Part shown: positions 52,794 to 64,000 of the stretch, piece after piece | Layout: each line of letters starts with the position of its first letter | How positions within the stretch are numbered: position 1 is the stretch's first letter | From: Candidatus Bathyarchaeota archaeon | GTDB taxonomy: Archaea; Thermoproteota; Bathyarchaeia; Bathyarchaeales; Bathycorpusculaceae | Length of the DNA: 64,000 bases | NCBI GenBank assembly: GCA_963772455.1 | Contig: CAVYXJ010000007.1 | Coordinates: 192,001 to 256,000 of the forward strand | Direction: 5' to 3' | Program-made: the position numbers and the translations under genes | The notes under the pieces: generated by a model | What the model was told of the DNA's origin: nothing | The model's input: the letters and a program-made list of their open reading frames with translations, nothing else | Database searches by the model: none

Positions 52794-53888
52794 TCAAGAT
52801 AGAATACTTATGTCTTTATTTAGAAAATTTCCATAATTTTCGGCGGCTTCTTTTATCTGATTAATTTTACTTTCATTAATTTTTTTAAATGGATTCAATT
52901 TAATTTCAACAGAGTTTTCTTTCAAAACTCGCTTCCAAGTGCCAACTGCTTTTCCATCCAAAATAATTACTGCTGTAAGAGCGTTACCCATTGAAATCAT
53001 TCGCTCAATGTCACGGTTTTTGCTAATATCGCTTCTATCTTTGTAAGCAATTATATATTCATCATATATTGATAACAAGAAAGCTTGTTGAGCTTTGCGT
53101 ATAGTTGAGGAATCACGTTCTTTATCGTTTGTTTCAGGGAAAAACCAATAGGTCTTCCCATTAAAGCTGGTTTGAGTTAGTTTTGGTTGGTTCAAGTTTA
53201 TTCCCTCAGCTGCATCTTTTGCGGGTAGTCCTGACCACCATGCAAAGTCTTTAGTTTGAGCGGGTCCGTGACTTGTGAAGTATTTCAATGCGAGCTTTGC
53301 TAATGCTTCTTCTCGAGTTAACTTCTTTTGTTCTGGCACTATTTCTTCAAGCAAAGCATAAGTGAATTGTTTACCTTTTCGGGGTCCGCTGCAAATTAAT
53401 GCGTTTAACTCTGCATATGCTAAAATGTGTGCAAGTCTTTGCCCTCGTGCAGGCGACATTTTTTTCTCAAGATAGTCTCCAAGCTCCGCTCTGGTTAGAT
53501 TTCTTTTTCCTTCCAATGCTTTTTCAATAACAGTTTGACTTTGAGAAAGCACTTCATTGGTTATGTTGAGTTTCTTGTTATAGGGTGCAAGTATTTTCTT
53601 AACCCGTGGACCGGTTAATTCAAGCATCCATCGAATGTCGTCTGGCAAAACAAAATGCCATGTGGGGCGCATTATATGAGTTCGTAAAAATTTTCCTTCA
53701 TTAAAGGATTTTTCAACTATTTCATCTGTTGCTTTTTGCATTCTCATGCCAACTGCCCATTTTGCAGCGGTAAAATCTTGTGATTGCACTGCACATAAAT
53801 GTGCAACTACATCTTCAGGGCTTCTAAAAGGAGAAGTACTTAGACCAGTATTGCTCAAACGAAGCCGCAGAATGTCCAGCGCTTTCAA
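52794..53888 (-). CDS. AlkZ/YcaQ-family winged-helix DNA glycosylase-like protein
   Basis: VQSQD, RTHIMRPTWH, HGPA..KDFAWWSG, YDEYIIAY. Confidence 0.88.
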   Translation of the reverse strand: MKALDILRLRLSNTGLSTSPFRSPEDVVAHLCAVQSQDFTAAKWAVGMRMQKATDEIVEKSFNEGKFLRTHIMRPTWHFVLPDDIRWMLELTGPRVKKILAPYNKKLNITNEVLSQSQTVIEKALEGKRNLTRAELGDYLEKKMSPARGQRLAHILAYAELNALICSGPRKGKQFTYALLEEIVPEQKKLTREEALAKLALKYFTSHGPAQTKDFAWWSGLPAKDAAEGINLNQPKLTQTSFNGKTYWFFPETNDKERDSSTIRKAQQAFLLSIYDEYIIAYKDRSDISKNRDIERMISMGNALTAVIILDGKAVGTWKRVLKENSVEIKLNPFKKINESKINQIKEAAENYGNFLNKDISILS

Positions 53889-53952
53889 TAATTCATGATC
53901 CTTTTTACGTTCCTTCTAAAAAAATATGGTTGATGGATGACTTTTAGTTATT

Positions 53953-54357
53953 TTATGGAGAGGGTGTTGTCATCTCTGGTTGTATCAATCCAAAAGCGTT
54001 GCCTTCAGGATCAGCCGCGATGGCAATTGAGCCAACTGTGGGAACTTTCTGCTTGGGCATCAGGATTTTTCCTCCTGCAATGGTTACTTTTGTGATATAT
54101 TCGTCAATATTTTCAACGCTAATGTAGTTTACTTGAGTAGCTTCTGGCATATCTGGAGTCCTTGAGTAAAGACCACCATTAACACCAGGACGCTGCAGCA
54201 TACCATTTTCATCTGTTGGAACTGTTTGAATGAGCCAATAATCCGTACCGCCCAGGGGGGCTTTGATTATTTTCCAGCCTAAAACAGCTTCATAGAAACT
54301 TTTAAGCGTCTCAACATTTTTAGCTGGAATCTCAAAATGAATGATAGTATGATCCAA
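53953..54357 (-). CDS. VOC (glyoxalase/bleomycin-resistance) protein
   Basis: HFEIPA, FYEAVLGW, INGG-like VNGG, DPEGNAFGL. Confidence 0.92.
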   Translation of the reverse strand: MDHTIIHFEIPAKNVETLKSFYEAVLGWKIIKAPLGGTDYWLIQTVPTDENGMLQRPGVNGGLYSRTPDMPEATQVNYISVENIDEYITKVTIAGGKILMPKQKVPTVGSIAIAADPEGNAFGLIQPEMTTPSP

Positions 54358-54512
54358 TTACGCTTTCAACTCCAAAATGTTTTGTTTTCTTAAAAATTCG
54401 GAAACTTATAATAATTCAAAAGCCGCCGTATGATTTATTTTTTTCGCAAACTGAAAAATAACAAATTTCAAAACCTTTGTTTTTTTAAAAGTAGTTTTAT
54501 TGAAGAATCAAA

Positions 54513-57500
54513 TTATTGCTTCTTCTCAGATTTAACATATACTTCAACTTTTACTGATGCCGCTTCTTTTCCTATAAGCTCTGATAATTTGCCTGTCCAT
54601 TGGGCCTTTGAATCAGCTGTAAACCCAACTGTCTGGGCTATCCCACGCCACAAAAGTGCTTTGTCATAATCTTTGGCGTCTTGTGGCATGAACTCAAAAA
54701 TTGATCTACTTGCGATGATAACCAATTTCTTCTTCATTCGTGAAATCGCTACGTTAATTCTGTTCAGATTAAGCAGAAAGTCGCTTTCACTGCGAACGTA
54801 GTCAGGGTCGCTTACGGTTGAAGAGATTATTATGAAGCTTGCTTCACCTCCTTGATAACGTTCAACTGTGTCAACTCTGGCGTTTTCACAGCCCTCCGAA
54901 AGCATATTCTTTAACAGACCTTTCTGGGCGTTATGTGGAGTAATCACACCAATGCCTTCGGATTTGACGTTACGGACCAAAGCTTCAACAATCGAAGCTT
55001 CCACTAAGTTAGATTGGAAACTCTCTGCTTCATCATGAACAATTAAGACGAAAACGTTCTCGGGCTCTAAAACCACTGCCAAACCATCAGTATTAGTATT
55101 CGAAGCTTCCAATGTTTGTTTTTGGTCTGAGCGAAAATCAATCTTATCTTTTTCATAAACCCATTCCCTCAAGAATTCTGCCACGATCGAGTGGCACCTG
55201 TGGCTTTCACAAAGTCGTTCTGCAGGAATATTTGCGGGATGTTTGCAACTGATCCTTTCAATGCCAAGGTCTTCTTGGCGAAGTAAACGTAGGAAATCCA
55301 TAGCTGATAAGAAAGATGCCATTTCTTCGAGTGTTCTACGGTCTTCTTTTTCCCAGTTGTGTGCTTGAATTGGAGGTAGTTGTCGATGGTCACCTGCAAC
55401 GAGGATTTGGCTACTTTTAGAAAGGAATGAACCTGATAAAATGAGCTCGGGTAACCTCATCATACTTGCTTCGTCAACGACCAGTAAGTCAAAGAATGCT
55501 TCTCCCCAAGGTGGCTCTGAGTCTCCAATCTTCTTCATTAAACCATACAAGCCAGGAGGAGTTAAACATAGAATTAGGGGTTCAGAACCACAAGTTTTAG
55601 GCGTTAATGATTCTTGATTCATCAAGCTATCTGTGAGTTCTTTAATGGTCTCTTCATCTTCGTTATAGTTGACGTATTTGACTCCTTCAATGGATTTGGC
55701 TAAAGAAACGGAGCTGCTTAGAACTCGGTAAATATTTAGGTCTTTTAAGTCGTTACCGCCTTCTCTGCAATATTCTTGCCAACATCTTGCGAGTTTACTA
55801 ACGAACTCTTGAATGGCTTTGTGGGTTGGAGCAACCATTAAAACTCGGCATCTTGACTTGGCTCTATGTGCGGCGACATGCGCTAATACTGCTAACTGTA
55901 AAGTCTCTGTTTTTCCCGTACCAGGAGGACCTTGAAGCATAACAATTTGTTCTTTAGCAAAAACGCGTTCGATGAAACGTTGTTGCTCAGCTTTAGGTGA
56001 AAAGCGCCTGCTTGCAACCCACCTCAAAAATTGAGATGCACCTTCCCTTGGCAAAGCAATATGCGAAGAGAATTCAGGTTTGCCTGCTAAGAAATTAGCC
56101 AATAAACCATATAATACGTTGTTGCCTGCATAATCAAGGCACTTAGCTGCCCGATCAGAAATAATGTCATCCGCCAATTCGTCCAAAATGTAAATTCTTC
56201 CAACTTCAAATAGCTGCATATACTTATTTTTGGCTTTTTCCGGGTCTGTTGTTGGAAGATTGTGCCATGCGCTATATTTTCTGCCTTTTCCACTTGGCCA
56301 ACTAACTACGTTAATAATTATCTCGGATTTTCGAACGTCTACTTTGTCAACGATAGCTCGGGCCGATTTTTCAACTTCAGACGGGGAGCGTTTTTGGGCT
56401 TCCTCAAACTGCCCCTGACCATTACGCTTGAGCTCGGTTACAACCATCCAGTCGCCTGAGCTTGATCCATCTGCGCCTTTAACTCTGCAAGCGTTAGCAA
56501 TGCAATTAACTTTTGGCAACCCTATGCCTTCGTAAACAAGTTTTCCTTTGACCAGAAAATCTTTTTCAGATTCTGTAACGCCTGTGACCTCAAAAATTAG
56601 CGATCTACCAGAAGCTACTCGTTGATAGGGAAGTAAAGCGTAATGCTGATACATTTCTTGGCGTTTAGAGAAATACTCTAAGTCAAGAAACTCTCTACAG
56701 CTTCGTTCCAATGTTGCTATGCCCAATGTGAATTCTGAAATTTTTGGAATTGTAATTGGCTTCTTTCCTAATCTCCTGTTGCGAATTGACAATGACCGTT
56801 CGATATGTTCAAGCGCCATGCAAATCTTCGAGCCCATTAAAGTGAGTTCCTCATCAGAAATTCGACGGGTTCGCTGGGTATAATCGCACCATTTGCGCTT
56901 TTCAAGCATAACTTTCGCGGTGCCTTTTTCTTCATAATTGTCTAAGCGACCTTTAGCAGCCCATAAGTATTCAATTGGAATTTGATTGCTGAATCGGGCC
57001 CGTGCAGGATAATATCCATCTTTGGGGTCGTATTCTTTTCTAAGAAAAGAAATTGTTCCATTTGGGTTTCTGTGGTAAGGAAGAGAATAATTAAACATTC
57101 CATCACGGAAAACCAAACGTAAATCAACTAAAGAGCCATCTTGACGTTTGGATATCCAGTTTTTGTTGTCAAAAAAACTTGATTGTTCAAGAATTGGCAG
57201 GAGTCCAGAGCTGGCAAACTTTAGGGCTTTTCTATGAATGACTTCGTCTTGGAGGATTGAGAACATTGGTTGGTCGATGGCTTGTCTTAGTCCTAAAAGG
57301 TCTCTGATTGCTCTTGCGCTCATAAGAGTGGGTTGGCGTCGTACAGCTTCCATTAGAAAGTCTCGTTCGCCTCGACTGAAGAAATAAAGGTGAATTGGAG
57401 CTTCTTCGGGGCTACCTACTTCGATAGCTATTTTTGTTATTGCTTGGGTAAGGGCTTGGAAGAAGGTTTCCAACAGTTTCTTTTCTTCTTCTAAACATGA

Positions 57501-58843
57501 TTTTCGGTCGTCTGGAAGACTACCAATAACATTCGAAACACTCAACGGCTCTCCCTTATATCGGGTGCAATTTACCCTTGCACTAATCATCGAAATGACG
57601 TCCAGCATGTAGTCTCTTTCGACAAAAAGGTAAATTCGAATCATGCCGTCTGGATTAAAAGTAAGGGCTGAATCCATTCCAGCGGATGGACTGTCCTCAG
57701 GAAGACCTCCATAACCAGTTCCAGTTAACCAGGGCATCCATCTACTCTTGCTGGCAAACCGACTGCTAGGTCGAATTCCCCCTAACATATATTGGGCGCG
57801 TTGAACAAGCCAGTCCAATTTAGCGCCTACAACTCGGTCAGTCGCAATTTGATTGACCTTCTCTGGATCTTTGTCTGGAAGACTTGTGAAATCGTATGGA
57901 CGTAAATCGCTATTGTCTTTGACAACTTTTAGTTTTGCCAAATCCTCCAAATGTTCAATACCGTAATGACTAAGAGCCCTCTGCTCGCCTCTACTCAAAT
58001 TAAGCAACGCTATGCTTTCGTTTTCAGTAGTGCAGATAATGCAGTATTCATTAAACCCGCAGTTCTCACATCTTCCTCCAAGTTGATATTCAACTTTTGA
58101 TAGAGGAGTTTCGCGAACCCGATTCAACTCACCATTTTTAGCGAGTAGACGCTCAACATCCTGAATTAAGGGACTAAGTTTGAATTTTGGAAGACACTCG
58201 GGATCAAGACTTTCCAAACTTGTTTCTCTATTTATCACTCCTCCTTCCAAATCAATTTTTGATGAGAGACTGCTTAATTCTTTGGAAAGAAGCAAAACGT
58301 AGATTGCTACTTGTATTCGATGAGCAGTTTGTTCCATCCATGATGATTTGAGCTCAAAAATCCTAACCTTAACTTTTCCGTTTCTGATAGGCCAAATAGC
58401 AATCAAATCGGCAATGCCCTTAATTTTCCAGACCCCTATTTGACCAGTCATAGGGACTTGATACAACAAAATTGGTTTGTAATCTTCCTTTTCTTGGCAA
58501 GAAATCTGAGCTTCAATTAATCTCCTATTATGTTATTGAAAGAAGAATTTTCGTTTTCTATATACTTGTTGAAATCGTGGTATTCGGCTGCTTTTTCTTT
58601 GAGTTCTGCTACTTTTTTAGCTTCAAGCTCTTTGCCTGCACCATAGAGCAACGGACTGATAGGTTTGAATGCTTCTGGCCATTTGCGGCTATCTGCCTCT
58701 TCATCGTCGTCAAGTTTTAGTTTAAAGAAGCGTGGGCAGCAGTTGAAACGGATGTATTCAGCGATTCCGGAGGCAGTTAAGGAGTCTTTGCTTCGCTTCT
58801 TTTTGTGCAAATTCTCTAAATTTAGATTGTCATCGCTGCTCAT
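54513..58843 (-). CDS. RecB/Cas4-like nuclease fused to SF1 (DNA2/NAM7-like) helicase; frameshift near 58520
   Basis: CCPRF and CENCGFNEYC; GIADL...ELKSS...QVAIY; GPPGTGKT, DEAS, GDHRQLPP, TVERYQG, NVAISR. Confidence 0.88.
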
Positions 58844-59065
58844 TTCATTGCTGACTCTTTCTGAAATGCTCTCAAATTAAACTGGATTGAGGATTATTGT
58901 ATGTACCTCGACTTGTGCTTAAAGACGTTACCTAAAAAAACGAATCTTAGAAGAAAAAAAGATTTTTGGACTTTTCTGTTCCTACAAAATTTCCGGGTCA
59001 AAGCTGGATAATTTAAGAAGGTTTATTTAGAAAAAATTCTTTTTTAATAGTTATCAAGAGAAAAG

Positions 59066-61865
59066 ATGAATCTTGAAAAAATAGGAGAAGAAAAAATGCA
59101 AATTCTAAAAAATAAAACTATGGTTATTTTGATTGTTTCAATCCTTATGATTTCAATGAGTGCATCAATGATACTTACACCAAGCGCTGACGCTCATACA
59201 CCACCATGGACTATTGTTTCCTATGCCTATCTTGTTGCTTCCCCTAACCCCGTGGGTGTAGGTCAAGCTACAGCGATTGTCATGTGGATCGATACTCCAA
59301 TGGTTGGAGCAACTGTGACAAACGACGTTAGACGCCATGATTACACTTTGACAATTACAAAGCCCGATGGAAAAAACGAAACCAAACATTGGGACATCGT
59401 CACTGACTCAACAAGCGTACAGTATCTTCAATATACTCCGGATAAGTCGGTGATCTATACATTCAAGTTTGTCTATCCAGGTCAAAACTACACTTGGACT
59501 TCAAGCACTCCTGGAGCAAACCAGCTATACGGGCGACGTAATTAAAGGCGCAAGTCGAACAATCAATATGACTGTTCAGCAAGAACCAGTTCCTGCAGCA
59601 CTTAGACAGTTATCCTCTTCCAACTGAGTACTGGACACGCCCAATTGAAGGACAAAACACCTATTGGTATACAATCTCGTCTAACTGGCTGGGTACACCT
59701 TACAACATTGGCTCTAACGCAGGCAACCATGGACCCGGCGGACACCAAGACTATGGCATAGCTCCCAACAGTGCACACATAATGTGGACTAAACCAATTC
59801 AGTATCGGAGGACTTGTTGGAGGAAACGGCACAGCTGTCCCTGGAGAAATGTTTTATTCTGGACTCTCTTACAACGGCAGGTTTGCCAATCCATTAATCA
59901 TGTATGGCACACTCTATTACCAAGAACCTTGGGGTAATGCAGCTACCGGCGGCGACTATGTTGCAGTTAATCTACAAACTGGAAAAGAGGTCTGGCGCAT
60001 AAACGCATCAGCCACAGGCGTTTCACTTGTACCATCTTTTGGCTACCTTTATTCACTTGAAACTCCAAACCAACACGGAGTACTACCAAACGGCTTACTC
60101 ATAGCACCCACAACTTCATACACTGGCTTAGGAACAACTTGGAGAACATATGACCCACGTTCAGGCGTACTAACAACCATGAACATCACAAACGTTCCAG
60201 GCGGCACAAATTTTGCTGGACCTCAGGCGAATATCTAAAATACATTATAACAAATCTTGGAACGACTGCAAATCCCAACTGGTACTTAGCGCAGTGGAAT
60301 TCATCCAAAGTCTTCGGCTTAGAAATTGGAACAGCTGCTGGCAACTGGTATTCTGGAAACATTCCTGGAAATACGCCTTTCAACTACACTTCACTAGGAA
60401 CCAACAATAACTGGAACGGAACAATGTGGGTTAACAGCACTGTTCGGGCAGCTCAAGGATATTCAGCAGTATCAACTCCCGCATACGATTGGAACGTATC
60501 ACTATCGACGCTTAAGGGAGGAAGCTGGACTGTTGGAGGAGCAGACAATAACGTAATTCCTCTAATCATACAAGGCGACAAAATGATTCTGATCCAAGGG
60601 ACATTCGGAGATCATGCTGGCTTTGCTGGAACCATTACAGCAGCTATGACAACTGACCCGGCAAATGTCACAGCCATTAGCTTGAACCCACAAACACGCG
60701 GAAATGTTCTTTGGGCAAAAAGCTTCGACCAAGCTCCTGGCAACGTAACACGAACAATTGCTGACTGGGATCCAACCAACAATGTTTTCATTTTCGAAGA
60801 CAAAGAAACTTTTGCACACTACGGCTACAGCCTCTCAACTGGAGAACGGGTATGGGGTCCAACAACAGTTCCAGAAGACTCTACAGCTGATTGGAACTAT
60901 TTCAGCTTAGATACTGATACGGTCGGATATGGCAAATTATTCTACACTGGTTACAGTGGTATTGTGTATGCTTATGATACCAGCAATGGCAACTTGCTTT
61001 GGACCTATGGAAACGGTGGTGCAGGCAACAGCACGGAGCAGCGGCTTCGAAACAGCATACGGCAGATACCCAATAACAGTGAGCGCAATTGCAGATGGAA
61101 AAATCTTCTTACGAACTACCGAACACTCACCTAACTCGCCACTCTTCAAAGGCTCCCTGATGCGTGCTATTAACGTCACCGATGGAACAGAAATATGGAC
61201 AATCCCAGATTGGGGCAACATAATGTATGGTGGTGTAACACCGATTGCTGACGGCATCTTAACTGGCGCTCAACACCTACGATAGCCAAATCTACGCTTA
61301 CGGCAAAGGACCAAGTGCACTAACAGTGGAAGCACCAAAGGCATCTATTGAACTGGGCAGATCACTTGTCATCAGCGGCATGGTCACTGACATTGCAGCA
61401 GGCACAAAACAAATCGAGCAGGCAGCACGCTTCCCCAATGGAGTTCCAGCAGTCTCAGACGCAAGCCAAAGCGCATGGATGCAATACGTTTACATGCAAA
61501 AACCAAAACCAACCGACGTCACAGGAGTCACTGTATCAATTAACGTAATAGATTCAAACAACAACAACCGCAACATAGGCACGACAACAAGTGATTCAAG
61601 CGGTGCATTCAGCTTCCAATGGACTCCAGACATACAAGGCAAATACACAGTCATCGCAACTTTCGCAGGATCTGAATCATACTATCCATCTTCCTCAGAA
61701 ACTAGCTTCGCAGTTGACCCAGACGCACCAACAGCAGCACCAACAGCAACACCAATACAATCAACTATGGTTGATCAATACTTTGTTCCTGCAGTTGCAG
61801 GTATCATTGCAGCAATCGCCATAGGCTTTGCCATAACCATACTAGTGCTTAGAAAAAGACCGTAA
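59066..61865 (+). CDS. Secreted PQQ-like beta-propeller surface protein with C-terminal TM anchor (several frameshifts)
   Basis: Signal peptide, PNPVGVGQ, repeated TGKEVW / TGERVW / NGNLLWTY / DGTEIW, TM helix ending LRKRP. Confidence 0.85.
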
Positions 61866-61939
61866 ATAGCCATCAATCAATAACCAACTTTTTCTTTTTT
61901 TTAATATTAATTCTATTAAGAATATTTCCTGATAATTAG

Positions 61940-62104
61940 TCACGCTTTTATCAATAGAGGAACCATCAGTTGTAACGGTTCATTCGCAGTTCTTATTTTA
62001 TGTTCCAAATCTATTCGAAGATGACAACTTTCTTTCACAATACAATACTCGCAGCTTATTGTTTCTTTTTTGGTTTGGCAATCAATTACTATTTGGGCAA
62101 ACAT
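61940..62104 (-). CDS. Small Cys/His protein (54 aa)
   Basis: GAGGT SD before ATG 62104; C...CEYC...CH. Confidence 0.5.
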   Translation of the reverse strand: MFAQIVIDCQTKKETISCEYCIVKESCHLRIDLEHKIRTANEPLQLMVPLLIKA

Positions 62105-62224
62105 ACTCTTAACCTCGGGAAACCACACATAGAGCAAAGCCCGCTTATAGGCAATGTCAACTATGCAACGGCATTTTCAGCAAGGGGCTTTTTAATTTCT
62201 GTTGGTTGTATTGCACATGAAAAT

Positions 62225-62620
62225 GTTCAAAAAATTTTTTTTTAGTGCGACAAAGATCAATAATGAACTTAATAGTTTTGAATTCTGTAGTTGTTGCATC
62301 AGGTGTGCAGCGTGCAGTTGCAACAACAATAACATCAACTACTCCTCAAATGCAATGTTGTCTATATGGCAGCTAAAGTTTGCTTTTGGTAGATGTAACA
62401 TTTGTGTAAAATGTTGTTGCATCAGCATCAGTTGCATCTTCTCCACTCCCGTTTTTACTATTGTTCCAATTAGCGTTCTTAGCAGCGTTGACGATGTCGG
62501 CTGCTGGTTTGAAAATTAAACCGTTTAACTTGGGTTCATCTCTGAAAGATAACACCCAACCACAATTTCAGAAGTGTCATCATCATTATCATCATCATCT
62601 TCTAAAGCTCCTCTTCAATT
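62225..62620 (-). pseudogene. Fragmented hypothetical gene
   Basis: Protein-like segments in shifting frames (EDDDDNDDD, FKPAADIVNAAKNANW, VDVIVVATARC). Confidence 0.3.
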
Positions 62621-62735
62621 GATCAGCCTTTACTACACTCAGATTCGTAAGATCAAAAAGACAAATCAATTCAAAGTAAATTAAGAATCTCATTGCCTGT
62701 GAATAATAATTCAATACGTTCATTTTGACCTGAAA

Positions 62736-63071
62736 TTACTTGGGCTTTTTGAGCTCTACATATATTTTTCCGTCTTCGATTTTGCATCGGTAAGTTTGCA
62801 ACGCCGTTAGGGGGTTTTCGGTGTACTGTCCGTTGCGTACGTCGTATTTCCATCCATGGCAGGGACACATCAAAATGTAATCGGTTAGTATGCCTCCCTC
62901 TAAGGAGCAACCCATATGGAGGCAACGGTTGAAAAGACCGAATACTTCGCTGTTCTTTCGCACCAATAAAATCGGGTTGCCTTTAACTCGAACGGCTTTC
63001 ATATGACCCTCTAAGAGCTCGCGTTCTTTAATGGAAGAAGCATATCCGTCTTTGTTCAAGAATCTCACCAT
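62736..63071 (-). CDS. Rieske [2Fe-2S] ferredoxin
   Basis: CLHMG and CPCHGWKYD. Confidence 0.93.
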   Translation of the reverse strand: MVRFLNKDGYASSIKERELLEGHMKAVRVKGNPILLVRKNSEVFGLFNRCLHMGCSLEGGILTDYILMCPCHGWKYDVRNGQYTENPLTALQTYRCKIEDGKIYVELKKPK

Positions 63072-63126
63072 CGTTAAGAAGATTCAAACACTGTTAAAAA
63101 CGCGTCGAATTTTGTGAAAAAGAAGT

Positions 63127-64000
63127 TTAGCTGCTTATTTGTTTTTGGCTTTCCACCTTGTTATTGTAGAGCTCAGCTAGCTTCAATATAGTTTCTTTGT
63201 AGACTGAAATGGCATCCAAATATTCCTTCACCTCAATATTTTCTTCTAACGTGTGATCGAGGTGTGAGTCGCCTGGTCCATACGTGACGATGGGCAGATT
63301 CATTGCTTTACCCAGAATATTCATGTCGCCTGTTCCTGTTTTGTGGAGAAGCGTCGCTGGTTTATTTAGCACTTTTCGAACAGACGAAGCCAACACATGG
63401 ACAAGGGGTGAAGCCTTGTTTACTTCAAACGGCTCGACGGTGTCAAGAACGGTTGCTTTCACGGAGACCCTTGGGTTGGCAGCTTGGTACTTGGTTATTA
63501 TCTTCTGTATTTGCTCAAAAACTTGATCGGTTGAGAATTGTATTGGTACTCGTACGTCTAGGTTCATTTCTGCTTCGAAGGGAACAACGGAGGTGGCTCT
63601 TCCGCCGACAAGTTTTACTAAACAGGCTGTGACAGCGTTGTATGGGCTTGCCGAGGGATCTAGCGAGGGGTAGGAAGATGCATTTTTGATTTGTTCCCAA
63701 ACCTCAATGGCTTTCTCCAATGAGTTATCATAGAGCCAAGGAGTTGAAGCATGCCCTGTCTCAGTTTTGAGGACGATTCTAAGTTGGATTTGCCCCTTAT
63801 AGCCTATGGTTACGTTTTCGACGCCGCTAGGTTCACCAAAGATGGCGTAGTCAGCTGTTATTCCTTGAGTGATTAGGTGTTTGACTCCTCGACTGGTTGC
63901 TTCTTCTTCTACGACAGCGGCAACCAATATTTTTCCTTTAAACCCAGTTTCTGTAGAAGCTGCAAGTGCAGCCATAATCATTGCGGCAAGGGGACCCTTC
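63127..64000 (-). CDS. lysK: M20 peptidase, LysK/ArgE-type [LysW]-amino-acid hydrolase, 5'-truncated by the window
   Basis: KGPLAAM, VEEE, GEPSG, GHAS, TGDMN, YGPGDSHLDHT. Confidence 0.85.
   Translation of the reverse strand, partial: KGPLAAMIMAALAASTETGFKGKILVAAVVEEEATSRGVKHLITQGITADYAIFGEPSGVENVTIGYKGQIQLRIVLKTETGHASTPWLYDNSLEKAIEVWEQIKNASSYPSLDPSASPYNAVTACLVKLVGGRATSVVPFEAEMNLDVRVPIQFSTDQVFEQIQKIITKYQAANPRVSVKATVLDTVEPFEVNKASPLVHVLASSVRKVLNKPATLLHKTGTGDMNILGKAMNLPIVTYGPGDSHLDHTLEENIEVKEYLDAISVYKETILKLAELYNNKVESQKQISS

Noticed and set aside
54513-58843. CRISPR-Cas locus suggested by the Cas4-like domain
   Set aside because: No repeat-spacer array or other cas genes were seen in the window.
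40-63700. Numerous 60-180-aa ORFs antisense to or overlapping identified genes (e.g. 40-420, 4142-4672, 5211-5714, 12308-12841)
   Set aside because: Shadow frames of well-supported genes with no motifs of their own.
1-64000. tRNA, rRNA or IS elements
   Set aside because: No cloverleaf, rRNA-like segment or transposase recognised by eye; a covariance-model scan was not possible.

Overview
Archaeal chromosomal segment, most likely Bathyarchaeia (inferred from the ADH/DHQ-synthase-II route to chorismate, the DUF39-CBS homocysteine synthase, LysK, TATA/BRE promoters, frequent TTG starts and a PQQ-like beta-propeller surface protein). Positions 1-37 kb are an amino-acid biosynthesis supercluster: cimA/leuA-like, ilvD, ilvBN-leuCDBA-pheA, an 11-gene aspartokinase-to-tyrA aromatic operon, a homocysteine-synthesis trio, argGH-carAB, an ACT-domain protein and thrC-hom-lysC. 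Positions 37-64 kb are accessory: acyl-CoA ligase/GNAT fusion, response regulator, multicopper oxidase, a SNF2 helicase/Zn-finger/Mrr-like operon, an AlkZ-like protein, a RecB/Cas4-like nuclease-SF1 helicase fusion, a surface protein, a Rieske ferredoxin and lysK. Many conserved genes carry single-base frameshifts, most simply read as uncorrected long-read indels. The main finding is a 28-aa leader ORF absent from the ORF track (22287-22201, MSHFKSKNGANLSPFLSFDYYFYYYHFP). It lies between the promoter and first gene of the Phe/Tyr operon and is followed immediately by a GC-rich hairpin with a U6 loop. This is the layout of bacterial ribosome-mediated attenuation, here in an archaeon. Weaker leader candidates sit in the branched-chain region.
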